Assembly: GCA_026395295.1 (NCBI GenBank)
Contig: JAPLYZ010000012.1
Span: forward strand, 65,299-129,298
From: Candidatus Staskawiczbacteria bacterium
Lineage (GTDB): Bacteria > Patescibacteriota > Minisyncoccia > Minisyncoccales > Staskawiczbacteraceae
Reading direction: 5' to 3'
DNA length: 64,000 nucleotides
Position 1 is the first letter of the stretch; every line of letters begins with the position of its first letter. The position numbers and the translations under genes are program-made. Positions 1 through 6,917 of the stretch are shown here, in pieces. The notes below the pieces were generated by a model that was given only the letters and a program-made list of their open reading frames with translations, had not been told where the DNA came from and searched no databases.

Positions 1-308
1 CGGTAACATTTGACCCAAAGACAATTTCAGAAAATTTGCAGAGAATGGGAGGGTTTATCCCAGGGGTGAGACCGGGGAAATCAACTTCTGACTTTATGAA
101 ACACATTTTAAACAGAGTTTTGTTTACAGGAGCTATATTTTTGGGATTGATAGCCATATTGCCTTCAATTGTTGCAGGTTTGACAGGTGTAACAGGATTT
201 GCATTCTTGGTTGGAGGCACCTCGCTTCTGATCGTTGTCAGCGTTGTTTTGGACACAGTAAGGCAAATTAACGCGCAACTCCAAATGCGCGAGTACGATA
301 CATTTTAA
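1..308 (+). CDS. secY: Preprotein translocase subunit SecY, C-terminal end (5' partial at window edge)
   Basis: Frame open to position 1; hydrophobic C-terminal helices (FTGAIFLGLIAILPSIV, FLVGGTSLLIVVSVVLDT); secY-adk-map synteny as at the end of the spc operon. Confidence 0.8.
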   Translation, partial: VTFDPKTISENLQRMGGFIPGVRPGKSTSDFMKHILNRVLFTGAIFLGLIAILPSIVAGLTGVTGFAFLVGGTSLLIVVSVVLDTVRQINAQLQMREYDTF

Positions 309-309
309 T

Positions 310-999
310 ATGAAGAAGGTTATTATGTTATTTGGGCCTCCTGGGGCAGGCAAAGGCACTCAGGCAGAACTTTTAGCCGAGAAAACCGGGTATTATCATT
401 TTGAGTCCAGCAAAGCCATAGAAACTTGTTTCAGAAAAGAGAGTCCTGAGAAAATTTTTAAAATTGAAGGCAAGGAATATAAGGTTAGCGATGAAAAAAA
501 ACTATGGGAATCTGGGGAATTGAACAGCCCGGCTTTTGTTGTTAACTTGATGAAAAAGAGGATAAAAGAACTTGCCGAAGAAGGGGAGTCGATTATTTTT
601 TCCGGCTCGCCCAGAACTGTTTACGAGGCGGAAAAAGAAATACCTCTTTTAAAAGAACTTTACGGCATAAAGAATATCAGATTTGTGTTGCTTGAAATAG
701 AACCTGAAACCACAATTATTAGAAATTCCCACAGAAGAATTTGCGAATTGGTCAGGCACTCAATTTTGTTCAGCCCCGAAACTGAAAAACTTACAAAATG
801 CCCATTAGACGGCTCAAATTTGGTGCGGAGGAAATTTTTAGATGATGTTGAAACCATCAAAAACCGTTTGGAGGTTTTTAAAAAAGAAACTTATCCTGTT
901 ATTGAGGTTATTAAAAACCAAGGTTTGCAATTGCAAAAAGTAAACGGCGAGCAAACTATTGCCGATGTTCACAAAGATGTTCTGAAGGCAGTATTATGA
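310..999 (+). CDS. adk: Adenylate kinase
   Basis: N-terminal P-loop GPPGAGKGTQ, 229 aa, 1-nt gap after secY, stop overlaps map start (ATGA). Confidence 0.9.
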   Translation: MKKVIMLFGPPGAGKGTQAELLAEKTGYYHFESSKAIETCFRKESPEKIFKIEGKEYKVSDEKKLWESGELNSPAFVVNLMKKRIKELAEEGESIIFSGSPRTVYEAEKEIPLLKELYGIKNIRFVLLEIEPETTIIRNSHRRICELVRHSILFSPETEKLTKCPLDGSNLVRRKFLDDVETIKNRLEVFKKETYPVIEVIKNQGLQLQKVNGEQTIADVHKDVLKAVL

Positions 1000-1742
1000 T
1001 AAATTTAAAAACACAAGAGGAAATACAAATAATAAGGGAAGGCGGGAAAATTTTGGCAACTGTCATAAAAGAATTGGAGAAAATGGCAAAGTCGGGAATT
1101 ACCACATTGGAATTAGACAGAGCCGCAGAGGCTCTTATTTTGTCTGCGGGCGCAAAGCCGGCTTTTAAGGGGTATTTGGATTTTCCTTTTTCTTTGTGCG
1201 CTTCGGTTAACGAAAACATTGTTCATGGTTATCCTTCAAAATATGTTCTAAAAGAAGGCGATTTATTAAAGTTAGATCTTGGAGTTTTATACAAAGGTTT
1301 TAATACAGACATGGCAATAACAGTTGCGGTTGGAAAAGTTTCATTTGAGGCAAAGAGATTAATTGATGTTACAAAAAAATCTTTAAGGTTGGCGATTAAA
1401 AAAGCAAAAGTTGGCAACACAATTGGAGACATTGGAAACACAGTTCAGAGGTTTGTTGAAGACCAGGGTTTTGGAGTTGTGCGGGAACTGTGCGGACACG
1501 GAATTGGAAAAACTGTTCATGAAGACCCGAAAGTCCCCAATTACGGCAAGCGCCAAGCCGGCGAAAAATTAGTTGAAGGAATGGTGATTTGCATTGAACC
1601 AATGGTAACAATGGGGGACTATAATTTAAGACCGTCTGCTGACGGTTATGGATATGCCTCTAAAGATGGATCTTTGTCCGCTCACTTTGAACACACTATT
1701 GCCATTACTAACTCCGGCCCCAAAGTTTTAACCGAAATTTAG
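996..1742 (+). CDS. map: Methionine aminopeptidase type I
   Basis: MetAP signatures HGYP, LDLGV..GFNTDMA, CGHGIG, ICIEP, FEHT; canonical position after adk. Confidence 0.9.
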   Translation: MINLKTQEEIQIIREGGKILATVIKELEKMAKSGITTLELDRAAEALILSAGAKPAFKGYLDFPFSLCASVNENIVHGYPSKYVLKEGDLLKLDLGVLYKGFNTDMAITVAVGKVSFEAKRLIDVTKKSLRLAIKKAKVGNTIGDIGNTVQRFVEDQGFGVVRELCGHGIGKTVHEDPKVPNYGKRQAGEKLVEGMVICIEPMVTMGDYNLRPSADGYGYASKDGSLSAHFEHTIAITNSGPKVLTEI

Positions 1743-1764
1743 TTAAAGCGAATAAGAAAACAGG

Positions 1765-1784
1765 CCCGCTCTCAGCGGGTTTTT
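1765..1784 (+). terminator. Rho-independent terminator after map
   Basis: Stem CCCGCT/AGCGGG with 3-nt loop followed by TTTTT. Confidence 0.6.
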
Positions 1785-1840
1785 CGGTGAAGCGAGCCAT
1801 TTTCACCATTTGGCTTGCTTCTTGTTTGAGCTTTTTCGAT

Positions 1841-1869
1841 TTGACATTTATCAAAAATGGCGTCAAAAT
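1841..1869 (+). promoter_or_regulatory. Candidate sigma70-type promoter for the OLD-like gene
   Basis: TTGACA (1841-1846), 17-nt spacer, CAAAAT (1864-1869); AT-rich context so chance match possible. Confidence 0.3.
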
Positions 1870-1900
1870 TGAATAAAAACTATTGGTAATTGTAAGGTTT

Positions 1901-3208
1901 ATGTTTATAAAAAAAATAAAATTTGAAAAGCATCCATTGATTGGAGACAGCAAATCTTTTGTTTTTTCCGTGCCTCATAGAAACAACATCGGTAGCGGGA
2001 TTAATTATATTGTTGGCAAATCAGGGTCTGGGAAAACAAAATTTTTGGAAATGTTTTTCCTTATGCCTATCGACCCAACGAAGCCCGGAAATCCAAGAAT
2101 TGATGATAATCAATACAGTATTAAATTGTTTGATGAGTCTTGTACGGAAATAACATCAAACCCTATAGCACAAGAACCTGCACCAGTCAGAAGGTTTAAA
2201 TTGAAGTATAGTTTCATAGACGGCAGAAAAGAGCCAAAAAAACATTATATGTTTAGTTCGGAAGAGACGTTGTCCAGGGATATAAGCGGCCGACAAACAA
2301 AGAGGAAGGAGTCTGTTGATAGATTTAAAAATAAATATGAAAAAGATAGCCGAAACTCCGGAAAAGGCGAGGCAAGATTTGACTCGATCATGTCAGAGAT
2401 AGGAAGCGTTAGAGAGGACACGGGCGTTGTTATCGTGGAAGAGCCAGAAGCATTTTTGGATCCAATTAATCAGAAAATTTTGTTAAAACGTATCTCTGAA
2501 GTAGCGAAGGAAAAACAGGTTTTTATTACTACCCACTCTCCATACATGGTGGATTGGTCTTATCTATGTAATGGAGCTTCAATTTTTAAGGTTAATAGAC
2601 CACCAGAATCTAGTGAGTCTATTGTTGGTGCATTTTGTAATGCTATGGTCGCGGAACAGATTAATAATCCAATGAAAAGACAGCCACACTTGAAAGGCGT
2701 AGAAACGAAAGATATTTTTTTTGCCGATAAAGTTTTTATCGTGGAGGGACAAGAGGATGTTGGGTTAATTTCAAGATATCTTGCGGATAATAATATGGAT
2801 TACGACTTTGTATTCTTTGGTTATGGCGCCGGTGGTGCCGACAAAATTAAAAATGTTTTAAAATTATGCTCTGATTTAAAAATTCTCAAGGTTGCCGCAC
2901 TTTTCGACAAGGAATCAAAAGATGCGGATAGGGTATTGAGATACACGTTTTGTTTTGAAAAGTATGCCCCAGCGTTTCAGATAGAGGAGTTGGTAGCAGA
3001 GGATATTAGAGATAAGTTCAGAGAAGATGAAAAAGGTAAATTAGAGAGGTATAAGGAAGGCGCTTTTACTGAAGACGGCGATTTGAAGCAAGGTAAGTTG
3101 GGAGATGATTTCAAAACAAAGATTAAAAATATATTAGATTATTTTAAAGGCGATATAAATGATTCTATTAGGGATAATTCAATGTCGGAGAATGAGTCTG
3201 CAGTTTAG
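1901..3208 (+). CDS. OLD-family-like ABC-ATPase fused to a Toprim-type nuclease domain (defence candidate)
   Basis: Walker A GKSGSGKT, Walker B-like VVIVEEPEAFLDP, H-loop FITTHSP, then Toprim-like VFIVEGQEDVGL and AALFDKESKD; first ATG (1901) inside track ORF 1883..3208. Confidence 0.6.
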   Translation: MFIKKIKFEKHPLIGDSKSFVFSVPHRNNIGSGINYIVGKSGSGKTKFLEMFFLMPIDPTKPGNPRIDDNQYSIKLFDESCTEITSNPIAQEPAPVRRFKLKYSFIDGRKEPKKHYMFSSEETLSRDISGRQTKRKESVDRFKNKYEKDSRNSGKGEARFDSIMSEIGSVREDTGVVIVEEPEAFLDPINQKILLKRISEVAKEKQVFITTHSPYMVDWSYLCNGASIFKVNRPPESSESIVGAFCNAMVAEQINNPMKRQPHLKGVETKDIFFADKVFIVEGQEDVGLISRYLADNNMDYDFVFFGYGAGGADKIKNVLKLCSDLKILKVAALFDKESKDADRVLRYTFCFEKYAPAFQIEELVAEDIRDKFREDEKGKLERYKEGAFTEDGDLKQGKLGDDFKTKIKNILDYFKGDINDSIRDNSMSENESAV

Positions 3209-3280
3209 AAGGTGGGATAATACACAAGGGAAGATGGCTTGGTTTTATTATTTGGTTCGCTAATATTTTTAATTTGAGGC

Positions 3281-3309
3281 TTGAAACAGTTCATTTTTAG
3301 GAATAGAAT
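3281..3309 (+). promoter_or_regulatory. Sigma70-type promoter of the MTase-fragment/nuclease/vsr operon
   Basis: TTGAAA (3281-3286), 17-nt spacer, TAGAAT (3304-3309), 10 nt before ATG 3319. Confidence 0.5.
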
Positions 3310-3318
3310 AAAGTAAAA

Positions 3319-3663
3319 ATGGAGAACATGTCAGTATCTAATAAAATAAAATTCGTTGATTTTTGCGCAGGCATTGGCGCTGGACGTCTTGGTCTGGAGA
3401 ATTTAGGCATGGAATGCCGAGGCTTTTCCGAAATCGATAAATTTTCTGAATATACCTACAGAAGGTTTTTCGGAAACGAGGAGAAAAATTTCGGTAATTT
3501 GATGAAGATAAATTCAAAAGACTTGCCGGATTTTGATTTACTGATCGCAGGGTTTCCATGTCAGACTTTTTCTGTTGTCGGCAAAAGGAGAGGAATGGAA
3601 GATAAGAGAGGTCAAATAATCTATGGTTTGATTAAGATTATGAAAGAAAAAAATCTAATATGA
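3319..3663 (+). pseudogene. DNA (cytosine-5) methyltransferase, N-terminal fragment only (motifs I-IV/V)
   Basis: Motif I DFCAGIGAG and motif IV GFPCQTFS present. ORF stops at ...IKIMKEKNLI* just before where ENV (motif VI) should be. 114 aa versus 300-450 aa for full enzymes. Confidence 0.7.
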
Positions 3664-4412
3664 AAAAACTTACATTAAGAGAAAAATCAATACTGGCTGG
3701 ATTATATTTGTCAAAATTTGATACCGAAGGGCTAAAATTTTTAGGATTTGATAACTTTACAGAAGCATTTAATGTCATTGGTCTGGCATTGGGAGTTCAA
3801 CCAGCATCGGTAAAAAATTATAGAGACGAGTTTGACCCTTTATTCCCGAATGAAAGGCAGGGTTGGCACAAAAGAGAAATTAGAAAATATTGCAAAGATA
3901 TTTACGATACTTTTCACACTTTAAATTTATCTAATTTTTCAACGTTGCTTAAGGATATTATTTATAGAGACCACGATTTAGATGTTTTAATGGAGGAAAT
4001 TGAAAAAAGTGAGGGTGAGAAGGTTAGTTCGTTCGCAAAACGACTTATTACGGGACAAGCGGCAGAGCAATATTTCAAGGACAACTTTTTAAGCGTTGAC
4101 TTGTTTAGAGGATATAATTTTGAAGACACAACAAAAATTGGATGTGGCTTTGATTTCAAATTAGTGACGGAGGAAAAAGAAAGATATTTTGGCGTTGAAG
4201 TAAAGGGACTTAACGAAGTGAGTGGCAATATTGCTTTAACCAATAAGGAGCACACCGTCGCCGATTTTTTGAAAGAACGATATTTTATATTTGTAGTAAA
4301 AAACTTTAAGGAAAAACCATTTCATCAAATTTATCAAGACCCGATAAAGAATTTGGATTTTAACAGGATTGAAAATAAAATAACTCAAATAAGTTGGAAT
4401 ACAGCCGTTTAA
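3660..4412 (+). CDS. PD-(D/E)xK nuclease-fold protein (DUF3883-like C-terminal domain), putative restriction-type endonuclease
   Basis: C-terminal core GCGFDFKL...FGVEVKG...LTNKEH fits a D...(E/D)xK nuclease motif; ATG overlaps the stop of the MTase fragment (ATATGA). Confidence 0.5.
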   Translation: MKKLTLREKSILAGLYLSKFDTEGLKFLGFDNFTEAFNVIGLALGVQPASVKNYRDEFDPLFPNERQGWHKREIRKYCKDIYDTFHTLNLSNFSTLLKDIIYRDHDLDVLMEEIEKSEGEKVSSFAKRLITGQAAEQYFKDNFLSVDLFRGYNFEDTTKIGCGFDFKLVTEEKERYFGVEVKGLNEVSGNIALTNKEHTVADFLKERYFIFVVKNFKEKPFHQIYQDPIKNLDFNRIENKITQISWNTAV

Positions 4413-4414
4413 TT

Positions 4415-4621
4415 ATGGAAATTTTTACAAAAAATAAAAAATATTCTTTTAACGATATCGCAGAAATTTGCGATAAAAATGGGCTAACTACGGTAGATTG
4501 TTTAAAAGATGAAAATATGATTAGCGTTGAAGGGTATGAAAATGGTGAGCTTTCTGGCAATTGTATTTCTGAATTTCATCAAATAAAAGAAGATGTTTTT
4601 AAATTAACTTGGCAGGAATAA
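4415..4621 (+). CDS. Hypothetical small protein (possibly 5' part of a frameshifted gene)
   Basis: ATG 2 nt after the upstream stop; its 3' end overlaps the next ORF, which is in another frame. Confidence 0.3.
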   Translation: MEIFTKNKKYSFNDIAEICDKNGLTTVDCLKDENMISVEGYENGELSGNCISEFHQIKEDVFKLTWQE

Positions 4622-4869
4622 AGGTGAGAGGAGAATTTTCGGCAGATTGGGTTTTAGTAATTTTGAAAATCGACGGCAAAAGCACATGGACTTTGAAATC
4701 GATTAACGAAGCAATGAACATTTTTGGTTCGGGAGCCGTTAGGATAACTTCTCAAGGAAGTTTAAAGATTGGAAAAATAGGAATGCAAAGGAAGGGCGGA
4801 GATGGCGGCAGGGAAACCGCGAAAATGTTGCAGTTTAAAATAAATCCGGTAGAACTTTTCGAGGTTTAA
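4609..4869 (+). CDS. Hypothetical protein; possible remnant of an m5C-MTase C-terminal region
   Basis: ORF with uncertain start (TTG 4609, GTG 4624 or ATG 4717). GGRETAKMLQF is reminiscent of m5C-MTase motif IX (RExARLQgF), but no motif X follows. Confidence 0.3.
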   Translation: MAGIKVRGEFSADWVLVILKIDGKSTWTLKSINEAMNIFGSGAVRITSQGSLKIGKIGMQRKGGDGGRETAKMLQFKINPVELFEV

Positions 4870-4871
4870 TT

Positions 4872-5279
4872 ATGACGGATATTTTTTCTAAAAAGAAGAG
4901 AAGCGAAATCATGCGGGCGGTGAAAAGCAAAGATACAAAAATCGAAGTCGCATTTAGGAGGGCACTTTGGAAAAGCGGATTTAGATATAGAAAAAATTCC
5001 TCAAAATATTTTGGAAAACCAGATGTAGTTTTGGAAAAATATAAAATTGTGATTTTTATCGATTCTTGTTTTTGGCACGGTTGTAAAAATCATTGCAGGA
5101 TGCCGATAACGAATAGAAAATACTGGTTGAACAAAATCAAACGGAACAAGGATAGAGACAAGGAGGTGAATAAGTATTATAAAAAGTTAGGTTGGAAACT
5201 TATCAGAATTTGGGAACATAAAGTTAAAAATAGTTTACCGAAAGCCCTAAATAAAATACAAAAATTAATCGATGAATAA
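4872..5279 (+). CDS. vsr: Very-short-patch repair endonuclease Vsr
   Basis: RSEIMRAVKSKDT, KPDVVL, IFIDSCFWHGC, YW.NKI.RN..RD, IRIWEH match the Vsr consensus; 135 aa. Confidence 0.85.
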   Translation: MTDIFSKKKRSEIMRAVKSKDTKIEVAFRRALWKSGFRYRKNSSKYFGKPDVVLEKYKIVIFIDSCFWHGCKNHCRMPITNRKYWLNKIKRNKDRDKEVNKYYKKLGWKLIRIWEHKVKNSLPKALNKIQKLIDE

Positions 5280-6132
5280 AAATATGGAAAATTTAATTGT
5301 AGCGAATTGGAAAATGAATCCAACTTCGCAAAAAGAAGCTAAAAATATTTTTGATGCAATAAGAGACGGCGTCCGGGGAGCTAAGGCAGAAGTTGTTATA
5401 TGTCCTCCGTCTGTTTATTTATATGCTTCTGTATTCGGAGAGGGCGTAGTCTCGATGGGGGCGCAGAATGTATATTTTGAGGATAAGGGAGCCTTTACAG
5501 GAGAAATATCCGTGGCCATGTTGAAAGATTTGGGGGTTGAGTATGTGATAATTGGACATTCAGAAAGGCGGAAATATTTTGGCGAGACAGACGAAATTGT
5601 AAACAAAAAAATAAAGAAAGCGCTGGAAGCAGGGTTGAAGGTTATATTTTGCGTCGGTGAAACAGCAGAAGAAAGAGACGCCGGAAACCCGACAAAAGCC
5701 CAGAAGGGCATTTTGACGGGCCCGTCACAATTCCCGCAGAGCGGGATTTGGTCGGGAAAGTACAAAGTGTTGGAGAACCAAATAAAAACCGGGTTATCTG
5801 GAATTTCAAATTTCAAATTGGACCCTACGGGGAGCCATGGCAATCAAATTTCAAATTTGTCGGTGGCTTATGAGCCTGTTTGGGCAATTGGAACCGGAAA
5901 CAATTGCGGAGTCGCCGAAACAAAAGAGTCAATCGATTTTATCAGAGGTATTGTTGGCGGTACCACTGACGGGTCCGTGGTACCAGAAAAGTTTAGAGTG
6001 CTTTATGGTGGAAGTGTGAAAAGCGAGAATTCCGGCGCTTATGTGAAAGACGCAGGAGCAAATGGTTTGTTGGTTGGGGGAGCATCTTTGAATGCCGAAG
6101 AATTTGTGAAAATAGTAAAATCTGCTGAATAG
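5272..6132 (+). CDS. tpiA: Triosephosphate isomerase (with two in-frame insertions)
   Basis: NWKMN, IIGHSERR, VAYEPVWAIGTG, LYGGSV, LLVGGASL. It is 286 aa versus ~250; the excess of 38 aa equals the 23-aa plus 15-aa insertions. Confidence 0.85.
   Translation: MNKNMENLIVANWKMNPTSQKEAKNIFDAIRDGVRGAKAEVVICPPSVYLYASVFGEGVVSMGAQNVYFEDKGAFTGEISVAMLKDLGVEYVIIGHSERRKYFGETDEIVNKKIKKALEAGLKVIFCVGETAEERDAGNPTKAQKGILTGPSQFPQSGIWSGKYKVLENQIKTGLSGISNFKLDPTGSHGNQISNLSVAYEPVWAIGTGNNCGVAETKESIDFIRGIVGGTTDGSVVPEKFRVLYGGSVKSENSGAYVKDAGANGLLVGGASLNAEEFVKIVKSAE
5688..5756 (+). repeat. 69-nt GC-rich palindromic insertion, in frame inside tpiA
   Basis: Termini CCCGAC/GTCGGG are reverse complements; internal 14-bp palindrome TGACGGGCCCGTCA (5714-5727) and hairpin CCCGC-aga-GCGGG; flanked by GGAAA/GGGAAA; length is 23 codons. 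Confidence 0.5.
5803..5858 (+). repeat. 11-bp direct repeats bounding a 45-nt in-frame insertion in tpiA
   Basis: ATTTCAAATTT at 5803-5813 and 5848-5858, exactly 45 nt (15 codons) apart; encodes ISNFKLDPTGSHGNQ|ISNL just before the conserved AYEPVWAIGTG. Confidence 0.55.
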
Positions 6133-6178
6133 AGATACTCGGCAGTGAAAACTCACTGCCAAGTATCCAAATTCGTAT

Positions 6179-6715
6179 ATGACCGAAGATAGTATTATAA
6201 GTAATGGAAAATTTTTCAGCCCCAGCAAGGGTGATTTAAGCTTTGACCAAGTTATCAAAGAAATTTTTAGTTATATGCAGGAAGCTCCGGAATTGGTTTA
6301 TGAAATTGTGGTTGGGTGCGATTCGCCATCTTCTGACAAGCCATTTTTTCCAATTGCCATAGTTGTTTTACGAACCGGGTTTGGCGGAAGGTTTTTTTTG
6401 AAAAAAATGCATTACGATGACAATTTTTTAAAAAGATTTGTTAATTGGAAAAACAGAATTTTGCAGGAAGTTTATTTGTCTTGCGAATTGGCGCTTTCAC
6501 TGAGGGAAGTGTTGGAAAAAGAAAATACCATTCGACAAGCTCAGGGCAAGAGCTTGAAATATCAGTTTGAATATATACACGCCGATGTGGGCGAGCGGGG
6601 CAAAACAAAAGAAATGGTTAAGGAAGTTGTTGGACTAATCAAAAGCAATGGTTTTGAGCCAAAAATTAAACCCTACTCTTTTGCCGCAACTGTGGTTGCA
6701 GACAGATATACATAG
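6179..6715 (+). CDS. DUF458/YkuK-like (RNase H-like fold) protein
   Basis: EIVVGCDS...FFPIAIVVLR pattern recalled from the YkuK/DUF458 family; assignment by recollection only. Confidence 0.4.
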   Translation: MTEDSIISNGKFFSPSKGDLSFDQVIKEIFSYMQEAPELVYEIVVGCDSPSSDKPFFPIAIVVLRTGFGGRFFLKKMHYDDNFLKRFVNWKNRILQEVYLSCELALSLREVLEKENTIRQAQGKSLKYQFEYIHADVGERGKTKEMVKEVVGLIKSNGFEPKIKPYSFAATVVADRYT

Positions 6716-6752
6716 TATTGTAAAGGGTAACCAGTAATGGATAAAATATGAC

Positions 6753-6773
6753 GCCACCTCCGGGTGGCTTTTT
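6753..6773 (+). terminator. Rho-independent terminator
   Basis: GCCACC-tccg-GGTGGC followed by TTTTT. Confidence 0.7.
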
Positions 6774-6785
6774 GCTAGCAAATCA

Positions 6786-6813
6786 TTGACAAAACATATA
6801 AAACTGGTAGACT
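6786..6813 (+). promoter_or_regulatory. Candidate promoter driving the high-GC block
   Basis: TTGACA (6786-6791), 16-nt spacer ending TGG, TAGACT (6808-6813). Confidence 0.35.
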
Positions 6814-6917
6814 TAGAAACAATTCGCACTTTCACAATTCTAACAGAATAAACTAATTCTTACCTGGCGGTAGGAAGCTGAAAGAACAAAAGCGCGATAG
6901 GAAGAAAGAGACAAGTT

